In this document: in pieces, positions 40,208 through 52,563 of the stretch
Layout: each line of letters begins with the position of its first letter
Numbering within the stretch: position 1 is the stretch's first letter
Origin: Chiloscyllium plagiosum
Lineage: Eukaryota
NCBI RefSeq assembly: GCF_004010195.1
Contig: NC_057753.1
Span: 14,235,937 to 14,299,936 of the forward strand
DNA length: 64,000 nucleotides
Reading direction: 5' to 3'
Position numbers and translations under genes: made by a program
Notes under the pieces: model-generated
What the model was told of the DNA's origin: nothing
The model's input: only the letters and a program-made list of their open reading frames with translations
Database searches by the model: none

Positions 40208-40465
40208 GGTCTTTGTACACGACAAGAGCTCATCTGTTTCACAGTATCACCGTGCATAATAATGTGTTGCGCTGCCTGACATTGCCAATGTCTTAAAAAA
40301 CAAAGTAAAGATGCTGTTTGAAAAGGCTTTAGATGCACTAACTCGTTGTAGAATTCCGGGATTCAAATTTTGGTTGTTTTCATTCACGTACTAAACTAAC
40401 CAGTGCAGTCTGTGTCTGGAGCGATGTCGGTAACAATACATGATGTAGGTGCCTAAATTAAGGTT
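40208..40465 (-). pseudogene. IgH-like V pseudogene, 5'-truncated
   Basis: LNLGTYIMYCYRH...LHWLV*Y...RVSASKAFSNSIFTL...SATHYYAR; RSS remnant TACTGTG-23-ACAAAGACC; leader and FR1 missing. Confidence 0.8.
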
Positions 40466-40469
40466 CGTC

Positions 40470-42240
40470 TAAGAGACCAGCTCTCTCAAACTTAAGTAAG
40501 CTTGCTTCTTCCTCTTTACTAGATGTTCTACATCCCTTGTCACCCAAGGTCACTTCACTTTATCATCCCTTCCTTGCCGAAGTGCGACAAAGGTGCCCAG
40601 CACTTGCAGCAAGTGCTCCCTGAATAACCTCCTCTTCTGTCGTGCATTTTCCTGAGAACATCTGTTCACAATTCGGGCGCCTCAGTTCCTGAAAACAGCA
40701 TTGTAATTCCCCCTCCCCTATTTAAATACTTTCCCATACCATTTGGTCCTACCTCTGCCATGTCTGTAGTGAAGGTCAGTGAGTTGTGACCACTTTCACC
40801 GAAATGGTCTCCCAATGAGATATCTGGCACCTGGCCTGGTTCATTACCAAGCACCAAATCCAATACGCCCCCCATCTAGTCGGCCTATCGACATATTGAG
40901 TCAGGGCCCCTTCCTGGACACACCTGACAAAAACCTGTTCCATCCAATCTATTTGAACTCAGAGGTTCCAATCAATATTAGGGAAGTTAAAGTCACCCAT
41001 GACAACGAGCTTGTTACTTCTGCATCTTTCCAAACTCTATCTCCCAATCACCTTCTCTGTTTCTCGGTTGCGATTGTGGGATCTGTAGAAAACTCCCAAT
41101 GAAGTGACTGTTCCTTTCCTGTTTCTGACTTCCTTCCATTCTGACTCTATAGATAAACAATCCTCGATGACCTCCCTTTCTGCATCTCTGATACTATCTT
41201 TTTTTAAGAATGCTACTCCGCCATCTCTGTTACCTCACCCCCGCCCCAACACCGAATATTCCTTTTGAAACGTCTAATCATGGAAAATCAAACAACCATT
41301 ACTGCCACTATGATATCCAAGTCTCCGTAGTGGCCACAACATCATAGTTCCAAGTACTGATCCATGCTCTAAGTTCATCACTCTTATTCCTGATGTGATT
41401 TGCGTTAAAATAGACATAATTCAACCCATCACACTCTCTGAAGCTTTGCCCTGTCAACAGTCCATCACTCTGTCACTTCTCACAGACTCGCTGCACGTTG
41501 TATCTGTCTGTTCACTAGTTACTTCATCCTCAGGTCCGTTGCTTCCTTTCACAAACAGCTGGCAAACGAATTGGAACCCTCCCGAACAACTCCCGCAAAC
41601 ATACCGCCCTGGATATTGGTGCCTCTCCAGTTCAGGTGCAACCCATCCTTCTTATACAAGTCCCAAGCTCGCCAGAAAGTATCCCAATGATGCACATACC
41701 TAAAGCCCTCCCTCCTGCACCAGTCCTGCAGGCACGCGTTCATCTGTCCATACTGTCTGTTCCTAGCGTCAGGAATGCCAACTCTGAGATTACTGTTCAG
41801 CTTGACCTGCTGTTTAGCCTCCACCCTAACTCCCTACATTCACTTTTCAGGTCATCATCCGTTTTCCTAGCTTTGTCACTGGTAACGATGTGTACCATGA
41901 CTTCTGAGTGCTCTCTCTCCACCTTAAATATCATGAAGACTCGATCCGAGACATCCCTCACCCTGGAACCCTGAAGGGACATAACATCTGGGAGTCTCAT
42001 TCATGAACACAGAATCTCCTGTCTGCTCGTCTCACCATTGAATCTCCGATCGCAATCGCTCTCCCATTCTGCCCTCTTCGCTTCTGAGCCAGACAGCTAG
42101 GCTCAATGCGAGATGTCTGGCCGCTAAGGCTCCCAACAGGATCCCAAACGGTATACACATTGCCGATGTCGACGGCAACAGGAGGTCTCTGCACTGTCTG
42201 TCTATTCCATTTCCCTCTCCTCTATATTTACCTGACACGC
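40470..42240 (-). mobile_element. CR1 remnant (esterase ORF1 + APE), 3'-truncated
   Basis: IGDSMVR, RVRDVSDR, DGLHLNWRG, LDLVLGNEPGQV. Confidence 0.85.
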
Positions 42241-42514
42241 AGGTAGCTAATCACAGGCGCACATGGTGGTTAAGAACTGTTCTAGCATTCTTGCCTGCAT
42301 GCCATAAATTTCGAGAACTCTTGGGAAATAGGTCGGACAGGTGACAGAGGTGACAGTGGGGATGTACCTTTGGACCAGTGACCAGAGTTCTATTAATTTA
42401 AAAACAGTTACTCAGTGGCACAACACTGGTCCACAGGTTCAAGTTATGAACCTGGGGTAATGTGAATTTTGCAAAGTTTGTTTGAAGTAGCTTGCCTACA
42501 GACAAAGTGACCTC

Positions 42515-42872
42515 CAGCGAGTGGGAGGTCTTTAAAAGTGAGATAGCCAGATTTTAAGTTCTACATGTTCCCGTGAGGGTGAAGGGCAAGTTTGGCAGGA
42601 ATAGGGTACCTTGGATGACCAGTGATATTGAGGCTTTGACCAGAAAAAAAGGGAGTCATGGCTCAGCTTCAGGCAGCTGGGATCAAGGGAATCCCTGCAG
42701 GTATACAGGGAATACAGGAGTTTACTGAAGAGCAAAATCAGAATGGCGAAAAGGCAAACGAGATAGCCTTGGATGAGAAGGTTAGGGTGAATCAAAAGAG
42801 GTAATTTAAGTATATTGGGGGAAAGAGAATAACTAGAGAGGTAACAGGGCCCGTCAAGGACCAAAGTGGACA
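42515..42872 (+). mobile_element. CR1 ORF2 internal fragment
   Basis: catgttcccgtgagggtgaagggcaag...ccttggatgaccag (HVPVRVKGK...PWMT). Confidence 0.65.
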
Positions 42873-42965
42873 ATTATTTGTGTGTCTGTTTCTGTGTGCA
42901 TGCATGTTCTGTCGTTTTTTATTCTGTCCGCCTCAGTGTCTGAAAGGAATCATTTCTAAATGATT

Positions 42966-43274
42966 TAGATTAGATTAGATTACTCACAGTGTGGAAACAG
43001 GCCCTTTGGCCCAACAAGTCCACACCGACCAGCCGAAATGCCACCCATCCAGACCCCGTCACCTAACACTACGGGCAATGTAGCATGGCCAATTCACCTA
43101 ACCTGCACATTTTTGGAATTGTGGGAGGAAACCGGAGAACCCGGAGGAAACCCACGCAGACACGGGGAGAATGTGCAAACTCCACACAGAGAGTTGCCTG
43201 AGGCGGGAAATGAACCTGGGTCTCTGGCGCAGCAGTGAAGCAGCAGTGCTAACCACTGTGCCACCGTGCCGCCC
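42966..43274 (-). mobile_element. HE1-type tRNA-derived SINE, well preserved
   Basis: - strand GGGCGGCACGGTGGCACAGTGGTTAGCACTGCTGC (A box)...GGTTCATTTCC (B box)...(TCTAA)n tail. Confidence 0.88.
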
Positions 43275-44885
43275 ACAAATTTGAAACGTTCATCTTGAGT
43301 TTTCTTAAATGAATCTAACGTCCGTTCGGACGTCGGTGGCCATTGTTTTGGGAAATGAATTGTCCAGTGGATGATGCTGAAAGAATTAATTTTGAAATCT
43401 CATCTCCTTCCCCTTATTTCCACCGTGCGTTGCACGTGACACAATGCCAACCTCTGCTGGGAACACCGTCTACTGCACAACAGGAAGATCAAATTTATTA
43501 GGGATTCAGTCAGAGGCAGGGCAGGTGCACTGTTAAAACTGTCAGCAGAATCACCTCATAGACGGGGCAGTGCGCAGTCTTTGATGCACTCTACTCACAT
43601 GTGAAGATAACATTCAGAAATTCACTGCCAGTCTTTTAATGTGTCTTCTGTCCTTTATTTCTCTTTGCTCAAAAGAATATAATTTGGAGCAACCTCTTCT
43701 CACAGGTCATTTTCTGAAGCAATTCTACAGTCTATTAAGAGAGTATATTTGCTCCGAGTCAGCTTGTGAAACCGGGGTCGTGTGCAAACACTGGATCGAT
43801 CTTATAAAACAATGAGGTTTATCATGAAAACAGAAAATAATTCAGATTCTCCTCGTTGTTGGCTATACTTCCACCTGTCCTCCGCATTGATGGAAAGTAG
43901 TACTTAATTCTTGATCAGTTCGTGACAATTAACAGACCAATCATTCATCTCCACCGCTGGACTTTAAAGTGCAGAACCCTTCCCAGTGGAACACTGGCAA
44001 TGAAACTCAAGCTAAGGTTATGTTGTTCCAGGGCTGGATATCTATAGACGAATGATTGTGACCAAGTAAATTCTGTGTTGATCTGAATTAGGATAATTAT
44101 TCAGTATATACGGACAAGTGGCTTTTATGGAATCATTGTAGTGTCGCTACTTTGAGTTGGGAGGCTCACGTCAGTCTTCCTGAAGTGTGTTATGAAAACT
44201 TTGCACCGTGGTGCATTAAGGTTGTTTCAACGTGTGGGACTGTCTAAAAATAGACCGTCAATCTTTTAAAAAAGGGGTCACACGTTTAATGGGTCACACG
44301 TTAAGAGATGCGGAGGAATTTCTTTTCACTGAGAGAATTGACTCTATGAGATTATTTGGCAAAGAAGCTGAGTCGTTAAGTTTGTTCAAGGCTGAGATGG
44401 ACAGATTTATATTCGGTAATGGAATTAAGGGTTATGGTAAAAATGGAGGAAATGTTGACCCAATAATCCATGACCTCATCGTGCAGTAGAACAGTCTCAG
44501 TGGAATGCATAGCACGTTTCAGCTTCCATATATTATTTTCTAAAGGCTTTTATATTGCAGATAAATGACGGAATAGGTTTGAATATTAATGCAATGAAAA
44601 GCTAGGATTTATGATCAACCTACCACTGGACAGGAAAAGGAAGGAATGCTTTCAGTATGTAACCAGAAAAATGTAGTGATATATAGAAAGTGTTAACTGC
44701 CGATTCGGTAGGAGTAGCAATGGAGCGGGAACCATTGAGCAGTAGTTTGCAACAGCATGTAGAGATGTCGAAGGCCTAAATGGTCTGTTATGCCTCTTTT
44801 TAACAATGTGATTCTATGAACTGCTGTCAATGCTGTCAGTATTGGTGCTTTGGAAAGAGCGGAAAATACTGCATTTCATCTTGGG

Positions 44886-45367
44886 GCTTTTTAGAAAGGT
44901 CTTAATCTGATCTATGTCACTGTCTAACAAGCTGCATGTTCTGACATCGGCAGGGAAGATGTTGTTTGTTAGGTCTTTGGAAGCAGTATATCACTGTTCA
45001 AACTCTGAATTAAAACCTTATCGCCTTCATTGTAGTATTGAACTCAACATTATTGCCCATTCCAAAGGGCTGTCTACCAAAACATCTTGTATTTTCCCGT
45101 ATCGAACTGTTGGTTTTACAGGGCAGCCTCAGATTATTTCCAGGGAATTCCTCTCTCAACCGCCGGCTGAGTCACCATCACATTCGACTGGGCACCTACT
45201 AAAATTAAACTGCATTCATTAAGCCAAATTGACACCGGGTGTTTCTCGGGAAAGGGATTATCAGCCATATTGAAAATCAATTTAAAATTTAGTTCATGAA
45301 AAAATAGTTTGACATACGCCCCGGAGAAGAAAACAAGTAGAGGGAGAAATCTCAGAGACTCCCTCCT
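44886..45367 (-). pseudogene. IgH-like V pseudogene
   Basis: Leader without ATG and with mutated donor; exon from 45195 AQSNVMVTQPAVERGIPWK*; ASKDLTNNIF remnant; RSS GACAGTG-23-CTAAAAAGC. Confidence 0.85.
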
Positions 45368-48300
45368 TCCTGGGTCTATGTTAAATGATAAAGTTTGCCC
45401 TCCAGTCATTCACTAAGAAAACAATTTCGTGTATTATTGGACTCTGATCCTCATTTGACATTTATGCGAATTGGCAGAAGAAGGACACAATATACTTGTT
45501 GTCTGCAATCAACGTCTCATGTCGATTCTTTACACACGGGGCTCTTTTAATTTCTGTTGAGTGTGTCAGCATTGTAAATGTTGGAGAATTGAGTGAATTG
45601 GCAGCCCTCACCTGTCACTCACGTAAACACTCATTTATTTCCACTCCTGATTCCTGTCTGACAACCAAATCTCGATCCGTGTCAATCTGATGTCCACAGC
45701 TCCTTGATGTTTTCTGCTGCCCGATAATATTTTATATGGGACTTTTTGAAAAGCTTGCTGAAAGTTCAGATAAAATGCGTTCACTTGTTCTTCATTATCA
45801 TTTCCACTCATTACATTCTGAATAATAAGAAAAGTTACGAATACTTTTCTTCAGCATGAGATGATTGCCATAATGTAATGCAGTTAATGTTCAATCCCAT
45901 TAATGCTTTCCAAATGTTCTGTTATTCTGCCCTTTCCAGAGATGCACACTGGTTACAAAACGATCAGGCATATCATGGGAATTACGTTTAAAGCAGCTGA
46001 TTGTGAAAGCATATACGTTGCCTGATAGGGTGATGGATCCGCGACAATTCTCTTCAGTCCAAGAGATGTTGGATAGCTACTAGAAATCAAAATATTTCTG
46101 GATGTGCTTTGGAGAGAATAGGGGATTGCGATGAGTTGCATCACTCAGTGCAGAACCACTAGTGCAAAGGAGCTCCATTGGTCTTATCCAGAATCATTCA
46201 TTCTATTTCAGAAGTTTCTGATGATCCAGAGAGATTCTGAGATCTGAACAGCTTACCGGCCTTAAATTAGCATCATCTGACGCAGTAACTATAAAGGTTT
46301 TGCAAAGAAACTTCGATATAAATGACGCCAACGATTTTACCGACATCACAGCAGTGCAAATTTTACAAGAGGCATGAAAATAATTTGCATCATGAATTTG
46401 AACTGGTGTTTTCACGCATGATTCTGTTTTAAGACTGTGCGTGCTCGGAGTGCTGTTTTTGGAAATAGGTCACAGTTTGTTTCGAGGTTAGATTGGTTTC
46501 CGGTCAGTGTGATTTTGAGCTCCTGACAGAACTTTGTAGCTGACTGGGATTTTACATAAACGCCTTAAATTCTGTCTGCCCCACTTTGTGTTCATTTGTG
46601 TCTTTGTCTGCGTTTGAATCCGTGTTTCTATGTGTGGGCGTGTGTGGGTATGTGTGTGTGTGCTTGTTGTGTTTGTGCCTGTGTAACCCAACGTAAGTAA
46701 GTAAATGCAAGTGTCTGTGAGTCTGTTTATGTTTGAATGCTTTTTGAGGTATTTACGTGTGTGTTTCAGTATGTCTACATGTTCCGCTGTGTCTTCTTCT
46801 GTCTACCTCAGCCTCTGATTGGAATCATGTTCAGTGATTTGAAATGTTCACTTGGGGTGCTGTTATATTCATCTAAGGTCAGTTCAGAAACATATGTCCG
46901 CTGTTGGTAGATAAATTGTCTGGAGGGATGGTAAAGAAAGAATTAATTTTAAAACTCTCTTTCCCTGTTGATCTTCCGTGTGTTGAACTCACAATAGTGC
47001 CCTCTTCTGGTGGATCTCTGCTACTGTGCATGAAGAGGTCAAACTCAGCGAACATTTACTCAGATGGAGAGCAACAGCACGGAACGCCATTCAACCTGTC
47101 AGCAGCACCAAACAACACGAAGAGGCAGTGTTGTCTTTTTGGTTCTGAACTCACATGTTCAGATGACTGTTCAACACTTAATGGTGATATTTTAATATTT
47201 CTTTATAGTTTGTTTCCGTTTGCTCAGGTGTTTTTTTTTTCAGAACAGCATTTTACCTATCTCCAATGTCAGTTGCCTCGAATCAGTCCACAGTTTTTTT
47301 TTAAAGTTTGCTGCTTGTTCAGAGTGATTTTATTATGAATCACGCATTGCGGGCACACATTGGACAGATCTAACAGCGAAGTGGGGCTGATCATTAATAA
47401 AGATGACAATTGAGATTCTCCTCAACGTCAGTTGTATTTCAGGTGGGCCTCCAAATTGCTGGAAAGTGTTGCTTTTCTTTCTTGATTTCATTCTTGAGAA
47501 TTAACAGACCATGCATTCATCTCCACTCTAGACATTAAAGCATTGAGCGATTCCCAAAGGAACACTGCGAATGTCACAAAACTAAAATATATTACTTCTT
47601 AGTTGTAGATCTGCAGAGGTTTGATTATAAACAAAGATATGCTGTGTTTATCACCATGAGAAAAATTCATTTTAACAAAGCTACATGTAGTGCTTTTGTG
47701 TAGACATGATAATGTCTCTACCTTTGAATCAGGAGACCTGCATTTATGTCCCAACTCCTATAGAAATATGTTACCAAAACCTGGCTGTATCTCACAAAAA
47801 AACTTGATTTTCTCTGTGGTACAGCCTGGAAGCAGAGGGCGTAATCTTAGAATAAGGAGTCATACATTTAAGACTTCTCTCATTGGGAAATTAATCTGTG
47901 GAAAAGAATAACGACAGAGGCTGTGTCATCGAGTATATTGAGGGCTTAGAGAGACAGACTCATCCTAGCTAAGTGAATCAAGGGATATGGGAAAAGAGTT
48001 CAAGAAAGTGGAGTTAAACTCGATCCAAAGAACTATGATCTCATTGAGTGTTGGAAATTTCTCAATGGACTTAATGAGCTAATTTTGTTTTATGTCCCTG
48101 AGGCTTTTCAATTGCAGTAAAATGAGATAATACATTGTGGATATGAATATTCATGGCATATGATGGAATTTGAAATCAATAAACATCTGGAATTAACAGG
48201 CTGATGGTGACCATGAATCCAATGTTGATTGTCCGAAAATCCCAACTGATTCATCAATGTCCTTCAGGAAACTAATGTCCTTACATGTTCTGTCCTACAT

Positions 48301-48685
48301 ATGACTCCAGACTCATGGCACTATGATTTATTCTTAATGGCCTCCTGGCAATTAGGGGTGGACATTAAATGCTGACCCAGCCACTGATCTCCTCACATTG
48401 TCAATGAATTTTAAAAATATCCAGCTGAACAGGAAAATAATTAAAGGTTTCAGGATGCGACCAGATAAATCTAGAAATATATAAGAGCTGCAAATGTGTC
48501 CGGTCTGTAGGACTACTAACTGAGAGGGCACTATTGAGAATTAACGTGGAACAATAGATGGAGATAAACAGGGCGTAATGGTCTGAGTCTGTTTTTTTTG
48601 TAATACTCTGATTCTACGAGCTGCTGTGAATTATGCAATTATAGGTGAATTGAGAAGGGCAGAACATATTGCATTTTCTCTTGTG

Positions 48686-48724
48686 ACTTTTTGTACAGGT
48701 CTTTATTTGATCTGTCTCACTGTG
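48686..48724 (-). other. 23-RSS
   Basis: CACAGTG + 23 bp + ACAAAAAGT. Confidence 0.92.
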
Positions 48725-49209
48725 CTACTTGCAGAGTAATATGTGGCGCTGTCTGAAATCCTCAATGGTCTGATTTCCAACGTGAAAATATTGTTTGCGA
48801 GGTCCTTGGAAGCAGTAACTCGTTGTTCAAACTCTGGATTAAAATACTTCAGATCTTTATTGTAATAATAAACTAACAACTGCAGGCCATTCCCGGGACT
48901 TTGTCGGTACCAGTACATGTAGTTGCTTCTGAGATCAAAGCCATTGGTTTTACACGTCAATTTCAGAGACTGTCCGGGGATTCCCGTCTCTGTCTCTGGC
49001 TGAGACAATATCACTTCTGACTGGGCACCTGTTAAAGGAAAGCAGAATTCATTAAACTGGTATGAACCCAGGTCATGTAACTGCCACTCTGAAAAGGCTG
49101 AACAAAAATATTGAAAACCACTTTAAAATTTGGGTTTACAAATAATGACTTTGATGTACGCACTGGAGAAGAAAGCAAGGAAGAGAGGGAGAGACCTCAA
49201 CGACAGCAT
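48725..49209 (-). CDS. IgH-like V segment (TAILV-type), open ORF but Cys104->Ser (leader 49209-49164, V exon 49028-48725)
   Basis: MLSLRSLPLFLAFFS + GTGCGT; EVILSQPETETGIPGQSLKLTCKTNGFDL...WYRQ...ASKDLANNIFTLE...DSATYYSAS. Confidence 0.88.
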
Positions 49210-49340
49210 ACTTCCTCAAGCTGTGTTAAATTAGGCTGTCTGTCCTCCAAACATTCACTGACAAAGTGGTTTGGTGGTTATATGAACTTTGATCGTCAGT
49301 CATAGTTAAAGAATTAGCAGAAGAGGGGGCGTGTTTGAGA

Positions 49341-49356
49341 ATGCAAATTATTGGTT
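49341..49356 (-). promoter_or_regulatory. CCAAT box + octamer upstream of the Ig-like V
   Basis: - strand AACCAATAATTTGCAT; aaccaataa is also upstream of the 9.8 and 20.3 kb Ig-like Vs. Confidence 0.45.
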
Positions 49357-50547
49357 GTCTGCAAATAGGAAATGAAGTAAATAGACTGGGATCTTACCAT
49401 CCCTTTTTTTGGCTGAGTGGAGACATTGTGGACGTTGCTGAATTTAGTCAATTGTCTGTTATTGTCTGTCACGTTTCCTGTCTGTCAGCTAATTCTCGAT
49501 TGGTGCCAATATGATATCCATAGTTCCTTGAATTTGCTGATCGTCCAATAATAACTGAGGTCAGAATTTATCAAAAGCTGTCAGAAAATTCAACCATACC
49601 ACATTCACTCGTTCTCCATTACCTATTCTACTATATACTTCCTGATAAAAGAAAACTCAAGTCAATTTCTTGAGTGTGGTTTTCCTTCCATAAAGTAGTG
49701 GTGGTAATGTTCAATCCCGTTGTTGTTTTTTTTTTCTCAAATGCTCTGTAATCAAGGTCTATCCAAAGGTTAACACTGCTTATAAAGTGATCAAGTGTAT
49801 CATGGGGATACTTGATATTAGCAACAATCTGTGATATGAATGAATTCTCTGATGTTTTGCTTGGTGCTCTTCAATGCTATTTTCTCAAAGGGGAGCTGGT
49901 TAGGTTGCAGCAATCAAAATATTTGATGAACACTTTGGAGAGAATATGGAAAGGTGACGAGCTGAATCGCACAGTTTGCAATGCCAAATCAGCTGGAGCC
50001 CATTCTCATCACAAGTTTGTGATGGTCCAGAAAGGTTCTGGGATCCAAACAGCCGTCACTTGTATCCATCGGCTTTATATCAGCATCTTCAGAGTTTGTA
50101 GCATATACGCAAACTTTGCAAATAAACAGGAATCCAAATTATCTTGACAGTTACAACGGTATTACAATGATGTAAATTTTAAAACAGACATTACAATGCA
50201 GAACAATGTGCACTTATGTGCAATGTGCAATTGTCTCACTTTTCGGATACATGAATATTTATGCATCCTGTTTCCCTCTGTGCATGTGTCAATTTGACTG
50301 TGCATGCTTTGGTGTGTGTGTCAGTGCGTGCGTGTGTGTCTCACAGACCACCATCTACATGTCACGTGCCAGCAGATGGTTGAGCATGGGATTGGAATGG
50401 GAGCATTCACGTATGATTTTGTTCATTATCGTTACCATGCTTTCCGTTCAGACTTAATTCCGTCAGCAGCTCCGGGAAACTATTGGGTGGAAATTTGATT
50501 CGTAGTTATCTTGATTTTCTCGTGGTGTGTGTTTCACCCCTGACATC

Positions 50548-51237
50548 TGAAATGGACCAGGCCAGAGACCACAATACATTTAAAGAAAGTAGCCAAGACC
50601 CTAACTTTGCTCATTGTTTTAAACAGGTGTAGAGTGGATATTCCAGGAGTGATCCAGTTGTCCCAACTCCTTAGTTTTAAACAAAATAGAATGTATTTGC
50701 AAGATTACCACATGAAACACACAAAAAAAGAGAACAGAATATGGAATAACTTACACTGCACGAAAACCAAACAGATTGTCCTAATTAAATTATTATGTTC
50801 CAAATTCCTGCAACAATTCCCAGAACTAACCCTTGGCAAAAAAGATAAAATCAGACACAAAGTCTAAGAAGAGAGAGAGAGAGAGAGAGAGAGATCGCAG
50901 AGAGATTCCCGATGTAGCACCTTCTGCCATGCAGTTGTTTCTTTGACGAGCAGCCTGAAAACTGTCGGTTTGCTCTGAACAGCCAGACCCAAAAAGCAAA
51001 ACAAACCAGACGACAGAAAAGCTGAGGCTGATCACGACACTTGAGTTGCGCAAGTGTTTTTTTTTAAGACTTGAACGCTTTTCGCTGAGACAATATCTGT
51101 GAACTATAACCACAGATGGACCTAAAACCCATTTAAAACAATTAAACGTACCGGAAGCTGTGTCTTTATGACCGTACTGGGGAAAGCAAATACAAACAAA
51201 GACAACACAACATTTTTAAAGGGGCAGCACTGTGACA
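50548..51237 (-). mobile_element. Solo LTR related to 10911-11485
   Basis: atggaccaggccaga...gttttaaacaggtgtagagtggatatt...ttagttttaaacaaaatagaatgtatttgcaagatta matches the reverse complement of 11330-11485; TG...CA ends. Confidence 0.65.
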
Positions 51238-51267
51238 TATATAACACACGAGCTCTAAGTTTCAAAC

Positions 51268-51434
51268 NNNNNNNNNNNNNNNNNNNNNNNNNNNNNNNNN
51301 NNNNNNNNNNNNNNNNNNNNNNNNNNNNNNNNNNNNNNNNNNNNNNNNNNNNNNNNNNNNNNNNNNNNNNNNNNNNNNNNNNNNNNNNNNNNNNNNNNNN
51401 NNNNNNNNNNNNNNNNNNNNNNNNNNNNNNNNNN
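51268..51434. other. Assembly gap (167 N)
   Basis: Run of N. Confidence 1.
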
Positions 51435-52068
51435 CCAATACTTGACGTTCCGTCTTTCTGTACACTTATTTATCTCGCTGGATGTCTTCATATTCCTCGT
51501 TCAATGCAATTGTCAGTCTGTCCCTCTGCTTTCCTCTCTGTCGATGTTTATATATTCGTGTCACACACTGTTCCGCAAAATGATGTTGAATATTGCCCTG
51601 TACAATACTGAGGATTCTTGACTCACACAACTCGACATTTGGATCAGTATATGAAGACATTTTTTCATTAAATTGAACCCGGGGAAAGCAGTTCTGAATT
51701 AAAACTATTTACCAGAATTCTCAGCCGACAGCTGTGAGATTGTTAATCTTCCAAGCCTGGAGGTATGTCCACAAAGGAGATGAAACATCTTCTGTCAAAT
51801 GTGGCCCTGTCTCTGAAGCCAGTGGTGCGGTGGCTTAGAACATACACGGGAGAGGAGATACAGAATAGAAATCAGCTTACTTCTTTACCATCAAATTCTT
51901 CATACGGTTCAGAAATTGACACTCAAATTGATTGTTAAAACTATACTAACATATGAAGGGAGTATACGAGAAGGTCGCTCAGCCCTTAAGATGATCCTCC
52001 ACCGTTGCAGAACATCAGTGCATATTCTCCATGAAATCGAACAGCGAACACGTCTATCTTGTAAAGAC

Positions 52069-52107
52069 AGTTTTTGTACAGGATTAAGTCTGTTACTCAT
52101 TACTGTG
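52069..52107 (-). other. 23-RSS
   Basis: CACAGTA + 23 bp + ACAAAAACT. Confidence 0.9.
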
Positions 52108-52563
52108 TAGTCTCTGAACGCGCAGTAGTAGACGGCAGCGTCAGACATCTGTAGCCCAGTGATAGTCAAACTTGTGTATTTTTCAGAGATCTGAAACTCA
52201 ACAGAGAAGCGATCTTCTGTAAAATCTGCTTTATCCTGATTTCCATAAGTACTTCTCGACACAACAAACTCGAGATCCCTGTCTGCATGTTCTCGGTACC
52301 AGTTCAATACATATCCAGTCTGTGGAGTGTCATAGGTACAGCTTAGAGTCACTGTTCCTTCTTCTGGCCGAAGATCCGAAGAAATTGACTGAGTGACAAA
52401 ATCTGCTTGGCTCAGGTCTGAAAAGGAAAGCAGATTTTAATTATAAAATGTCAGGCTGGTGTCAATTCAAAAGAGCATGTGGTGAAGTAATTCGAAATGT
52501 ATTTTCTCCATATTTGCCTGTTAGAACTGCAAACCAAACAATCCAGAAGCTGAGTGGCCCCAT
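52108..52563 (-). CDS. TCR alpha/delta V segment, open ORF with non-canonical GC splice donor (leader 52563-52518, V exon 52417-52108)
   Basis: MGPLSFWIVWFAVLT + GCAAAT; DLSQADFVTQ...LSCTYDT...WYREH...DAAVYYCAFRD. Confidence 0.88.

Noticed and set aside
43200-43274. Possible tRNA gene
   Set aside because: A/B boxes belong to the SINE head; no complete cloverleaf
9836-49209. NAR-TCR / IgNAR V identity or a conventional IgH cluster for the Ig-like Vs
   Set aside because: They have full CDR2/FR2 length and IgM-like motifs, and no D-J-leaderless-V cassette or CH exons follow
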